Positions 9,978-20,700 of a DNA stretch of 64,000 bases are shown one piece after another (the stretch's first letter is position 1; each line of letters opens with the position of its first letter). Below the pieces are notes generated by a model that worked only from the letters and a program-made list of their open reading frames with translations, had not been told where the DNA came from and searched no databases. The stretch covers positions 72,255 to 136,254 of the IMG/VR virus record IMGVR_UViG_2864522212_000004. One strand, 5' to 3'. A program made the translations under genes and the position numbers. The DNA comes from a virus. Lineage: Duplodnaviria > Caudoviricetes.

Positions 9978-10013
9978 GTCAACTACCTCATCCGTAAGGG
10001 CGAGGTAGTTGAC
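9978..10013. repeat. Palindrome built from IS605-type right-end motifs
   Basis: gtcaactacctc-N12-gaggtagttgac. Confidence 0.7.
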
Positions 10014-10064
10014 GCATATAGGGAAAACGCAGTGCAAAAAACAAGCATTGCCCTAAATCGTCTT

Positions 10065-10092
10065 TTAGCCGATAATGTAGATTATGTCAGAT
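10065..10092 (+). other. dif: XerCD dif recombination site
   Basis: ttagccgataa-tgtaga-ttatgtcagat, 11-6-11 layout matching actinobacterial dif. Confidence 0.8.
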
Positions 10093-10296
10093 AAGAATCA
10101 CTCTCAATAAGAAGTCCGCTCTCCCAGCTAGAAAGAACCCATGAACGCAAACCAATGGAAACGAGCCCTATTCAGCCACTCCGAGGGAGAAAATACAAGG
10201 ACAAGCGCCAGCACAGAATATCCTCAGCAGTACAATGCGCGGCAGCGGAAAACGAATTGGCGGAATCGAGGCCATCAAAGTGGGCATGGACGAAAG

Positions 10297-10614
10297 TCAT
10301 CGTTCTGATTGGACAGTGTCGCCGACCGTATTATCAATGAGGACCGTCAGTCCGCTTTCGTCGAATTTGTCGTAGTTTTCAATGTCGTAATTCATCTGCA
10401 ATTCCAGCCAGTATTCCGGTGATGTGCCCAACACGTAGGCGAGCTGGTATGCGAGGCTTGTGGTGATGCGTCTTTTCCCGCGTATTATTCCACTGATGGT
10501 GGTTTGTGGCAGGTTCATGGCTTTCGCCAGACGGTACATGGTGATGTTGTTTGGTTGCAGGTATTGGTGTAGCAGCACGTCGCCCGGGAGTGGCGCATGG
10601 CCCACATCGTTCAT
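10297..10614 (-). CDS. higA: HigA-family antitoxin (XRE HTH), orphan
   Basis: PGDVLLHQYL..LAKAM..ISGIIRGKRRIT..SPEYWLELQMNYD. Confidence 0.88.
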   Translation of the reverse strand: MNDVGHAPLPGDVLLHQYLQPNNITMYRLAKAMNLPQTTISGIIRGKRRITTSLAYQLAYVLGTSPEYWLELQMNYDIENYDKFDESGLTVLIDNTVGDTVQSER

Positions 10615-10700
10615 AGCCAGACCCTTTCACGCAATTCACTGACTTTTTTCTGATAGTAACAAAAGAAGCTACCGTTTTGCTTCGGTATGTGGGAATACGG

Positions 10701-10743
10701 TTTTGCCCGCCTCTCCCCTGTTTCGGGTCGAAGGCGGGCAAAA
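10701..10743. terminator. Intrinsic terminator (bidirectional-type)
   Basis: ttttgcccgcc..ggcgggcaaaa. Confidence 0.65.
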
Positions 10744-10763
10744 CACGTTTGGTGCGGTGAGAA

Positions 10764-13712
10764 TCAGTCCTCGACTGCATGCCATCCATCGGCATGCTTG
10801 GCGGAACGTACACGCACGAGCACGCAGCCAGCACCGGCGATGGTCATGATCGCCGCCAGCGTGGCGATTGCGGTGGTGTCCGATCCGGTGGAGGCCAGAC
10901 CATTGTTCGTCACACCTGCAGCCTGCTTCTTGGCCTGTTCGGCCTTCTGCTTCTTGGCTTCGGCATCCTTCTTGGCTTGGTCGGCCTTCTTCTGGGCTTC
11001 CTGCTGCTTCTTGGCTTCCTCCTCGGCCTTCTTCTGGGCTTCGGCTTCGGCCTGCTTGGCGGCGGCGAGCTCCTTGTCGGACGCCTGCTTGTCGGCGAGC
11101 TTGGCATCATAGTCGGCCTTGGCTTTCTCGTATGCCTTGTCGGCCTCATCCTTGGCCTTGTTCGCCTCGTCGAGCTTCGCCTGGGCGTCGGCCAGCTTCG
11201 CGTTCGCCTTCTTGAGGTTCTCCTCGGCGTTCTGCAGACGCTTGATGGTGTTCTGGGCGTCGTTGAGCTTGCCGGTGGCCGTGTTGAGGTCGTCCTTCGC
11301 CTTCGCGTATGCGGCCTTGGCGTCGGCGATGGCCTCGTCGGCGGCCTTGACCTGCTTGGCGGCGGCTTCAACCTTCGCGTCGGAAACGGTCTTGGCGTCG
11401 AGCGCGGCCTGCTTGGCCTTCTCGGCCTCGGCCTTGGCTGCCTTGGCGGCGGCCAGGTCGGCTGCGGCCTTCGTCTTGTCCGTGTTCGCCTGCTTGATCG
11501 CGGCTTCCGCATCCGTCTTGTTCTTGGCGGCGGTCTGGGTCAGCTTGTCGGCGGTATCGATCTTCGCCTGTGCGGCGGCGACTGCCGTGTTCGCCTTGTC
11601 CACTGCCGTCTGGGCTGCGGTCTGGGCGTCGGTGGCGGCGTCGGCTTCGGACCGGGCTTCCTTGGTGGCCTGCTGGGCGGCGGAGTACGCTTCGTTCTTC
11701 GCCGTCTGATCCTTCTTGGCTTCCTCCAACGCCTTGGCCTTGTCCTCGTTCGCCTTCACGGCCTCGTCATACGCTTTCTGCGCCTCGTCGGCGGCGGCCT
11801 GCAAATCCTTGGCCTTCTGCGCGGCCTGCTGGGCTTCCTCGGCGGCCTTCCGTGCGGACTGCTGGGCGGCGGCCAGCGCCTTGGCCGCATCGGAAGCGTC
11901 CTGTGCGGCCTGCTTGCTCTTGGACAATGCGGTCTGGTATGCGGCGTCGGCTCCGGTCAGGGAATCACGGTAGGCAGTCAAATCAGTCAGGTATGCGTCA
12001 ACGTCCATGATGCGGCCCGCGTCGGAGCCGATTCCGTTAGCGTTTTCGGTGAACAGCTGACTATGGGTGTTCCCGCCGATACCCGTGATGTTGCCGTTCT
12101 GGCTGACGCCGAAACCGGTGAGGGTCAAATCGGGGTTGACCAGCGTGGTGTAATGGCCATAAGCGCAGGGTTTGACGGGCTTGCCGTCCGAGGCCTTGCA
12201 ATCCAGGACACCGTCGGACATGTCCTTCTCATACATGGACTTCTCCGTGTCGTACCAGCCCTTAAAGGGATCAGTGTAACCCCAGGCGAGGTTTTCGCTG
12301 GCGGGGAATTGAAGTGGATGGTTCACGTTGTTGTTGGCATAATCCGCATCCGCCATGGCCTGTGCCATCAGGGTGTCACTGACCTTGAGGGGTTGCAGGC
12401 CTTCCTTCGCGCGAAGCTGATTGGCTTCCTGGATGAACTTCAGGGCCTCGATCATGTTGTCCAACGTGGTCGCATCACCCTTGGCACCATTATGAATGGC
12501 GTCAAGATACTCGGTGACGGTCGGATCGGTGAGAACCTTGACTGCCTGAGAGGCACCCTTGTCGCCGAAGTAGGCCACTGCGCCCTGAGACAGCTTGTCC
12601 TGAGCCTCGTCTGCCGCTTCCTTCTTGGCGTCGGCCTCGCTCTTGGCATCGGCGGCGGCCTGCTGCTTCGCCTCGGCGTTGGAAGAGGAGTCGGACACCG
12701 CCTTGTCGGCATCCTTCTGCGCCTGTTCCGCCTTCTGCTGGGCGGTGGCGGCGTCGGCTGCGGCCTTCTTCGCCGCTTTGAGCTTCGCGGCCAGGTCGGA
12801 AAGACCTCCATCGTCCTTGGACAATTGCTCGACCTTGGCGTCGGCCTTCTGCTTGGCTTCAAGCGCCTTGGCCTCGGCCTGCCTGGCCGCATCCAGCTTG
12901 GCCTGCGCGGCGTTCACCGCCTCGTCGGCCTTCGTCTTGTCGCCGGTCGCCGAAGCCTGCTGCCTCCTGGCTTCCGTCAGCTCCTTCTCGGCGGCGGCCT
13001 TGTCGGCCGCGGCCTGCTTCGCGTCCGCGTCGGCCCGGTCGGCCTTCTTCTGCGCATCACTGATGGCGGTATCCGCCGCATCGGCCTTCTTCTGCGCGTC
13101 CGTGGCCTGCCTGTCGGCCGCATCGATATCGGTCTGGGCCTTGTCGGCGTCCTGCTGATGGGAGGCGGATTCGGCCGTGGCCTCATCCTTCGCGGTCTGT
13201 GCGGCCTGCTTGTCGGCTTCGCCCTTCGACTGGTTGCTGGAGGCCTGCTGCATGGCCTTGTTGGCGTCGTTGATGGCGTTGGACGCGTCGTTCGCGGCCT
13301 GCTGCGCGGCCGCGATCTTGTCGGCCGTGCCGGTCGCATCCTGTGCGGCCTGCTGCTGGGCCTTGTTGGCGTCGTCGTAGTTCGCCTGCGCCTGCTGCTG
13401 GTTGTTTGCGGCTGTCTGCTGCTGGGCGGCGGCGGCGTCGAGGTTCTGCTTGGCGGTGTCCAGTGCGGCTGCGGCGGCGTCGGCCTTGGCCTGTGCTTCG
13501 GTCACGCCGGTCGGGGATGCCTGTGCGATGGCCTGGTTGGCTTCGGTGGTGCTCTGCTGTGCCTGCTGGATGCTGTCTTGGGCCTGTGTGATTGCCTGAT
13601 TGGTTTGGTCGCCGGTGGTTGTGGTTTCGTCGGCCATTGCGACTGCCGGAGCGGCAAGGGTTGCCATCACGGCGGTGGTTGCCGCTGTGATCTTGGTGAT
13701 GCCGTGTGTCAT
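10764..13712 (-). CDS. CAP (SCP)-domain coiled-coil surface protein, PrgA/surface-exclusion-like
   Basis: Signal peptide; A/K/Q/D coiled coils on both sides of a CAP domain (NQLRAKEGL, ENLAWG, GHYTTLVN); LASTG anchor. Confidence 0.85.
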   Translation of the reverse strand: MTHGITKITAATTAVMATLAAPAVAMADETTTTGDQTNQAITQAQDSIQQAQQSTTEANQAIAQASPTGVTEAQAKADAAAAALDTAKQNLDAAAAQQQTAANNQQQAQANYDDANKAQQQAAQDATGTADKIAAAQQAANDASNAINDANKAMQQASSNQSKGEADKQAAQTAKDEATAESASHQQDADKAQTDIDAADRQATDAQKKADAADTAISDAQKKADRADADAKQAAADKAAAEKELTEARRQQASATGDKTKADEAVNAAQAKLDAARQAEAKALEAKQKADAKVEQLSKDDGGLSDLAAKLKAAKKAAADAATAQQKAEQAQKDADKAVSDSSSNAEAKQQAAADAKSEADAKKEAADEAQDKLSQGAVAYFGDKGASQAVKVLTDPTVTEYLDAIHNGAKGDATTLDNMIEALKFIQEANQLRAKEGLQPLKVSDTLMAQAMADADYANNNVNHPLQFPASENLAWGYTDPFKGWYDTEKSMYEKDMSDGVLDCKASDGKPVKPCAYGHYTTLVNPDLTLTGFGVSQNGNITGIGGNTHSQLFTENANGIGSDAGRIMDVDAYLTDLTAYRDSLTGADAAYQTALSKSKQAAQDASDAAKALAAAQQSARKAAEEAQQAAQKAKDLQAAADEAQKAYDEAVKANEDKAKALEEAKKDQTAKNEAYSAAQQATKEARSEADAATDAQTAAQTAVDKANTAVAAAQAKIDTADKLTQTAAKNKTDAEAAIKQANTDKTKAAADLAAAKAAKAEAEKAKQAALDAKTVSDAKVEAAAKQVKAADEAIADAKAAYAKAKDDLNTATGKLNDAQNTIKRLQNAEENLKKANAKLADAQAKLDEANKAKDEADKAYEKAKADYDAKLADKQASDKELAAAKQAEAEAQKKAEEEAKKQQEAQKKADQAKKDAEAKKQKAEQAKKQAAGVTNNGLASTGSDTTAIATLAAIMTIAGAGCVLVRVRSAKHADGWHAVED

Positions 13713-13818
13713 GGGGAGTTTCTTCTTTCTCGTGTATGTGTCTTCCTTTTCGGGTTTACCCCGATGTCGGGAGATTATGTGTTTTTGTTTCACAAACATA
13801 TAGTAACACCTTTTTTTA

Positions 13819-14796
13819 CTAACGCAAATTGTCACTATCATGTGTCTGTGGCAAACCTATATGATGACCCACGGCACGCCGACTGCGACAAAGCGAAAAT
13901 CCGACAGCCAATATCCCCGTCACGGTGACGCCCGAAACAAAAGCCGCCTTTTTTACGTCCCCCGTGGCATCTCCGGGCAAGGGGGCCTGATCGGGCATGC
14001 TGTTGCGCTCCCCCGTGACAAGCAGTCGCAGCGTATTGCCCTGCCCCGTACAGGTGAGGAGCGTGACCTCGTCCTTCCCCTTATGGACACGCAACGATTT
14101 CGTGTCGGTAGGAGAGACGATGCGTTTGCTGGTGACTCGATAGGCGAGCGTGTTACCCATGACCTTGATATAGAACGGGTCGCCGTCTTCGAGTTCACCG
14201 AGCCGGGTGAACAGGGTCGCGCCTTTCAGATTCGAATGACCGGTGATTACGGCGCGCGTATTCTTGCCACCGATAGGCAGACTGGTGCCCGCCAGATGGC
14301 CGGCCGCATGTTCGAGCACATCTTGACCAGCTCCGTGGAGGATGGGCATGTCGACGCTGATCTTCGGAATCAGAATCTCACCCATGGCATCCAACCCATT
14401 CACGGACAGTTGACGCCGGTATTCGGCATCGCCCTCGAAATTGCCCTCGGTCTTCCCATCGAACACAGGTTCTCCTATCTGTGGCTGACCGCCTTCATAA
14501 AGACGCTGATTATATGCGATGGCAGATTGGATGACGCTTTGACGGGAGGATTCCGGAAACAGCGCGGCCGTCTGGCTGACGGATCGCGCCTGCTCGTCAA
14601 CGGCGCGGTCGCCGAGCGTCTGCTGGATGCGGGGCATGGCGACAAGCACCATGCCCGCGATCAGGCAGATGACTGCGGCGACCGCGTAGATCCGGGAATG
14701 GCGGACGAGCCGGCGGGCGCGATTGTCGCGCGCCCGCTTGTCGCGGACCGCATCCGCAACGCTCTCCCACACGTCGGTTTCGGCCGCTGCCGTCAC
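13819..14796 (-). CDS. srtC: Class C (pilus) sortase
   Basis: GHLAGTSLPIGG, ITGH, TLLTC..RLLVTGER, N- and C-terminal TM helices. Confidence 0.93.
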   Translation of the reverse strand: MTAAAETDVWESVADAVRDKRARDNRARRLVRHSRIYAVAAVICLIAGMVLVAMPRIQQTLGDRAVDEQARSVSQTAALFPESSRQSVIQSAIAYNQRLYEGGQPQIGEPVFDGKTEGNFEGDAEYRRQLSVNGLDAMGEILIPKISVDMPILHGAGQDVLEHAAGHLAGTSLPIGGKNTRAVITGHSNLKGATLFTRLGELEDGDPFYIKVMGNTLAYRVTSKRIVSPTDTKSLRVHKGKDEVTLLTCTGQGNTLRLLVTGERNSMPDQAPLPGDATGDVKKAAFVSGVTVTGILAVGFSLCRSRRAVGHHIGLPQTHDSDNLR

Positions 14797-17700
14797 TTCG
14801 CGTGCTTTCCGCCGGTGATCGGCATGTGCTTACCGGTGCGCTTGGTTGCGGCCATGCGCATGCGTAGCATCGGCATCATCACGCCGAGCGCGATCAGCAT
14901 GAGCGCGAATCCGGCGTACAGCCAGATGGTCGGCACCTGGGCCTGTCCGCCCGTGAACGGCAGGGTGGTCAGGCTCGGCTCCCACTGGGCGTACACGGTG
15001 GTGCTGCCTTCGGCGGGCAGTGTGACCTTGCCTTCGCCCGGCTGCAGGAAAGTGCTCCCTGCGGGCGGGTTCTTCTCCGTGCTCCATCCGACGAACCGGT
15101 AGCCGGGTCGGGTGATCTTCGGCTCCTTCGCGTCACCGGGGATGGTGACGGTGGAGAAGGCGTCGCCGGTCACGTCATCGACATGGCCGATGCCGCCGTT
15201 CGGGTTGAACTTCAGGCTGGCACCGTTGATTTTCCACTGCGCGTAGAGCACGGAGGTGTTCTTCGGCGTGGACTTGTCGTTGGCCGTCAGCACGTAGTCG
15301 GCTCCCGTGGCGTATGCCTTGCCCTTGCCGTCGGCCTGCGTGTTCCAGCCGGAGAATGTGTAACCAGGACGGTCGAACGGGTTCGTGATGGTCTTCACGG
15401 TCTGGTCGACAACACCGTCCACCGTCTTGGTTTCCGAGCCGACGGTTCCGATGTTGCTGTTGTACACCAGGTGTGCGGGGTCGGCCTTCCATTGGGCCCA
15501 CACGGTGGTGGTTCTCGGTTCAAGCGTGTGTTTGTCGCCCGGTTGCAGGCTTGGGTCGCCGCGTTTGCTGGTGCTCCAGCCGGTGAACGTGTAGCCTGGA
15601 CGGTCGAAGCTGTTCTGGCTGATGGTCACCGTGTCGCCGGTGTTGCCGGTGGTGTCGGGTGTGCTGCCTGTGGTGTTCGGCCAGTCGTTGCGGTACTGGA
15701 TGGTTGCCGGGTTTGCCTTCCAGATGGCGTACAGGTCGTTGCCTGCTGGCTTCATCACGTACTGGCTGACGCCGTTCTTGCCTTCGCCGTATGCGGTGCC
15801 GGAACCGTCCTTGGCGGTGTCCCAACGAACGAACGTGTATCCGTCGCGGGTGAAACCATTGGCGTTTGTGGTCAGTTCGTCACCGGTCTTGCCGGATTGT
15901 GCCGCCGTGTTGCCTCCGGTTGCGCCGTTGCCGTGATAGGTGAGGGTTTGTGCGTTACCGGCCCAGCAGGCATATAGGGTGCTGGAACCACGCAACGTCC
16001 ACTCGCTGTTAGGTTTCACTGCATTGCCCTTGCAGTCGGCCTGAGTGTTCCACGTGACGAACGTGTAGCCGTCGCGGGTGAATCCGTTGTCGCGCACGTT
16101 GATCTTCTCGTCGGTCTTGCCAGTCTGCGGGTCGGTCTTGCCGCCGGTCGCCCCGTTGCCGTCGTAGGTGAGGCTGGCCTGGCCGGGCGTCCACTGCGCG
16201 TACAGGGTGAGCGTGCCGTTGGCCGTCCAACTGGCGCCCGGCGCGTACTTCGTGCCGCTCCCGTCCGGGCTGGTGGCCCAGCCGGCGAACGTGTACCCGT
16301 CGATCGTCCAGCCGTTCTGGCCGATGGTCGGCGTGTCTCCGGTGTGGCCATCCCAGTTGGGGGTGCCCTGGCCTCCCGTGGTCTTGCCCGCGGGCGGGTT
16401 CGGATTGTAGCGGATGTGGGCCTCGTTGGCCGACCATTGGGCGACCATGGTGACGATCCCGTTCGGCTGCGTGGTCAGGTTCGTGACCCACTGGCCGTCG
16501 CCGTACGCCTGCTGGTTGTCGGCGCGCTTCCACCCGGTGAACGTGTATCCGTCGCGGACGAACCCGTTCCGGTGCAGGTTCTGGCCGATGTTGTATTGGA
16601 ACGCCTGGTCCGGGGTGCCGCCGCCGGTCGCCCCGTTGCCGGCGAATCTGACTGTGTACCCGTTGCCGACCCAGTGCGCGTACACGGTCACGTTGCCGGT
16701 GAGCGGCGTGTTGAAATCGTATTTGTTTCCGCCGTTCGGGGCCGTGTACCAGCCGTCGAACCGGTAGCCGGGAATCTTGCCCGTGTCGCCGGCCGCCCAA
16801 CCGGATTTGTCGGCGGCGGCCGTGTTGTAGGGCACGGTCTGCGATGCGGGCGTGCCGGGCGCGTTGCTGCCGGCGGGCGTGTTCACGTTGTACGACAGGG
16901 TGGGGTTGATGGCCCACAATGCGTATACGGTCTTCGCCCTGGCGGGCATGACGATTTCCGTCCTGACGTTCGCGTTCAGCGTGTTCCGGTCCATGGTGTC
17001 GCCGACGGGCACGTCCCTGTCGTTGGCGTCCGTGTTCGCGCTCCAACCGTAGAACGTGCGGTTGGTCTTGCCGATCTGGCTGGAATCCCAGCAGTCGGAG
17101 TCGGCCTTCGCGGTCGCCAATGTGATCCTGGTGCCGGCCGGATAGTAGACCTGGCAGCCGGATACGGCGCCCGTGTCGGCGATCGTCTCCACGCGCACGG
17201 AACCGTCGGATCGGGTGATCGTCCGCTGGCTGGTCCCGTCATCCTGTCTGGCGGTCGTGTCGGTCAGCACCCTGCGGTCGTCCGCGATGGTTCCGGATTC
17301 CGGTTCGGCGCTCTTGTCGGCCGCAAGCCTGACCGTGCCGTCCGTCCCGGATGCGGCGGTTTCGGTCCTGCCCGTCTCGGTGCGCGAGGGCACTTGGCCG
17401 GTTCCGCCGTTCCCGTCGTAGCCGAGCCTGTAGGCCTTGGTGAAGCTCAGATCGTCGAGGATGTTGCCGTTGACGTTGTTGCTGGAGCTTACCGACTTGA
17501 AGATGAAGCGGGTGACCGTCCCGGTGGCGATGTACGTGCCGGTGTAGGTCTCCCACTGCCCGTCATGGTTACGGCTGGAATGGTTCGACTCGGCGTCGTT
17601 GCTCACCTTCGTGGAGATGACCTTGCCGACGTCGCCCGGCTGGTCGCCGTTGCCGTTGACGGTGGTTCGCCTCGCGTCCTGGGCGGATTCCTTGCCGGGT

Positions 17701-20700
17701 TCGCCGATCATGACGCTCATCCCGTCGAGGTGGTTCCTGTCGAGGCTGGCGTGCTTCAACGTCCAGCGGTAGGACACGCCCGGGATGGTGGCGATGTCCT
17801 GGTAGATGGCGGTGCCCGCCTGTCCCGCGACGAGTTCCGCGTACTGGTTGCCGGTCTTGGAGTCCTTCTGCAGTTCGACTCCCTGTGCGATCTGCTGCCA
17901 GTCGGTTCCCTTGGTCTGGGTCGACTTCCATGCGAATTTGGAGGCGTCCCATCCCGGGATTGGCGCCCAGGGGTCCTTATCGATGCCGATGTGCCGCGCG
18001 TATCTGCCGTTGATCGGGTCGACGACGGTCCAGTCGTCCCACGGGTATTTGGTGGAGACACCGGCGATCAGGCCGGCCGGATAGTCGAACGAGCCGTTGA
18101 CCAGTTCGGTCGGCAGACTGTCGGTCTTGCCGGCGATGGTCTTCACCTTGCCATCGGTGGAGGCCTTGATCTGCGACGTGCTCTTCTTGGCCCCGCCGTT
18201 CGCGTCGTAGCTGAGCTTGTAGGCGAGGCGGAAGCTCAGGTCGTCGATGATGCTGTCATTGGCGGAGGCAGTAAGAGTACCGTCCTTGGCGACGCCCCTG
18301 TAGGCGATCATCGTGCGGGATTGTCCGGCTGGGATAATGACCGTGCCCTCGTAGGATTCCCAGTCGTCGGAATGGTCCCACGGTTCGTGGCTGCCTTCCG
18401 TGGCATCCATGGAATCGGAGTGCGTGTAGGCGACGGTTCCCACATCGCCGGTCTTGTCCCCGTACTTCTGGCCGGTCTTGGAGACCGTGGTGCGGGTCAG
18501 CCTGACCGGGGTGAGATGATCCTTGTCGGGGCCGGTGAGCAATGTCACGCCGCCCGCGTTGCCTTTGGAGCGGCCGGAGTGGCGGATACTGAACGTGTAG
18601 CTGGCTCCGGGCGTCGTGTTCACGGTCTGGGCAACGGTACGGCCCGCGTGCACGTCGGCGGCCGTGTTCCCGTCCTTCTCCCGGTGCAGTTCGAAGTTCT
18701 GGTTGCTGCCGATGGCATCGAGATCCTGCCAGGCGAACGTGGCGGCGGTCAGGCCGCCGGCCTTCACGCCCGTCTGTCCGGCCATGGCCTGCGCGTAGGA
18801 GCGGATCGTGCCCGCATTGGGCTTCACATACACCCAGGGCAGGCCCTGCCCCTCCTTCGCGATGCTCCACTTCGGGGTGTCGAACCCGCCGTTCACGGCC
18901 AGCTCATCACCCGCGGCCCTGGAGGCGATGGTCTCCACCTTGGCGCCCGGAGCCTTGAACGCGGCCGGCTGCGTGGAATCCGCCTTCGAACTGGAGGACA
19001 CCTTGCCCTTGTCGTTCTTCTTCAGATCATGCACCGTCAGACCGGAAACGGTTTTGTCAGCCGCGAGTCCGACACTGCCCGTGGTCTTGGACTTGGCGGG
19101 CTGGACGGTGTTCTCCTTGCCGTATTGATTGGATGGCACGCTGCCGGTCGCGTCCGAAGCATTCTTGTCGTAAGAGAGCTTGTACGCCTTGTCGAAGCTT
19201 AGGTCGTCGACACAGTTGCCCTCGGCGGTGAAGTCGAGGCCCTGACCGTTGGAGTCCCTGACGCTCCTGAACGTGAAGCGGGTCGTGGTCGAGGTGGCGA
19301 GGTAGTCGCCGGTATAGGTCTCCCATCTGCCGTCCTGCGCGGTGCCGTGCGTGGTGATCGTGGTGCCGACGCTGCCGGTCTTGTCTGACCCGTTGGATGT
19401 GGTGCGGGTTGCCTGCTGTGCGACGGTCTTGCCGGGTTCGCCGATCATGACCTGCATGCTGTCGTCCTGGTCCGCGTTGCGGGACGCGTGCTTGAGGCTC
19501 CACTTGTACACGACGCCGGGCGTGGTGGCGATGTCCTGGTAGATGTACTTGCCTCGCTTGGCTGCGGCGATCTCGCCCCACACGTTGCCCGCGTTGGTCG
19601 GATACGGGGTGTGGTTGCGGCGCTGCACCTCGACGGTGTCGGCGCCGGCGGTGTCGTCGTTGGATTTCCAGCCGAATTTGCCGGAATTCCAGTTGTCGAG
19701 CTTGCTGTGCAGCGGGTTGCCGATGATGCCGGTCTTCGCGCTGATTATGGCGAGGTAGGTTGTGTCGTGACTGCCGTAGACCCTCTGGTTCTCGTTGATG
19801 ATCTCGTTGCCGCGATAATCGAACGTGCCGTTCACCAGATGGTCCGGCAGATTCGACGTATTATCCGCCACCGTCTTCACGTTTCCGGTAGTCTTCGATT
19901 CGGCGGGCTGGACGGTGTTCTCCTTGCCACGCTGATTCGACGGGACCTTGCCGGTCGCGTCGGATGCGTTCTTGTCATAGGTCAACTTGTAGGAACGGGA
20001 GAATTCGATGTCGTCCACGAGATTGCCGACGTTGTTGCCGGGCAGGGTCTCAACATCTTTGAACCCTTCGAGGCTCTTGAACATGAATACCGTGTTCTTC
20101 TGTCCTTCGGGCACCTGGTAATAGCCTTCGTACGTCTCCCACTGGCTGCCATGGTCTCGGGGATCGGTGTTGGATACCTTTGTGGTGATGGTGGTGGACT
20201 TCCCGCCCACCTTGTCGCCATGGCCGTTAGAGGTGACGCGGGTCATCTCCACAGGCGTCGCGTGGGCCGTGTCGGAGCCCACGAGGACCTGCATCTTGTC
20301 GGCATGGGAGGATTGGCGGCTGGCGTGCTTGAGCCGGATCTTGTACAGTACTCCGCCGTTGCCGGTGGACACGTTCTGGTAGATGCTGGTGTTGTCCTGT
20401 TGGGCGACGATCTCCGCATACGTGTTCTTGGTGTTGCGGTCCTGCTGCAATTCGACCCTTGAACCGTTCTCGGTACTGGACCATGCGAACCTGGAAGAGT
20501 CGAAACCGGGGATCTGCCCGATCTTTCCGTACTTGGAAAGATCGGTGGTGGACATGTTGTACCAAAGCGTGCCGTCATCCGATTTGAGGAACGTGCGCAG
20601 ATCGGCATAGGTTCCCTGCTCGTTCTCCTGAATGTCGGAGAACGAGGGGTAGGAGAAATCGCCATTAGCGAGGGAACCGTACCGGACGTTCTCGTCCGCG

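Noticed and set aside
10615-10760. Possible higB toxin upstream of higA
   Set aside because: No RelE/HigB-like reading frame; the space holds a terminator and a promoter-like AT-rich stretch.
10900-13600. Repetitive ggcctt/cggc-rich DNA as a possible repeat array or CRISPR
   Set aside because: Explained by Ala/Lys/Asp coiled-coil codons; there is no constant repeat with unique spacers.
10779-13928. 1049-aa plus-strand ORF, and similar long antisense ORFs at 5834-8044, 16344-19202 and 21804-23657
   Set aside because: These are shadows of high-GC genes on the opposite strand and show no motifs.
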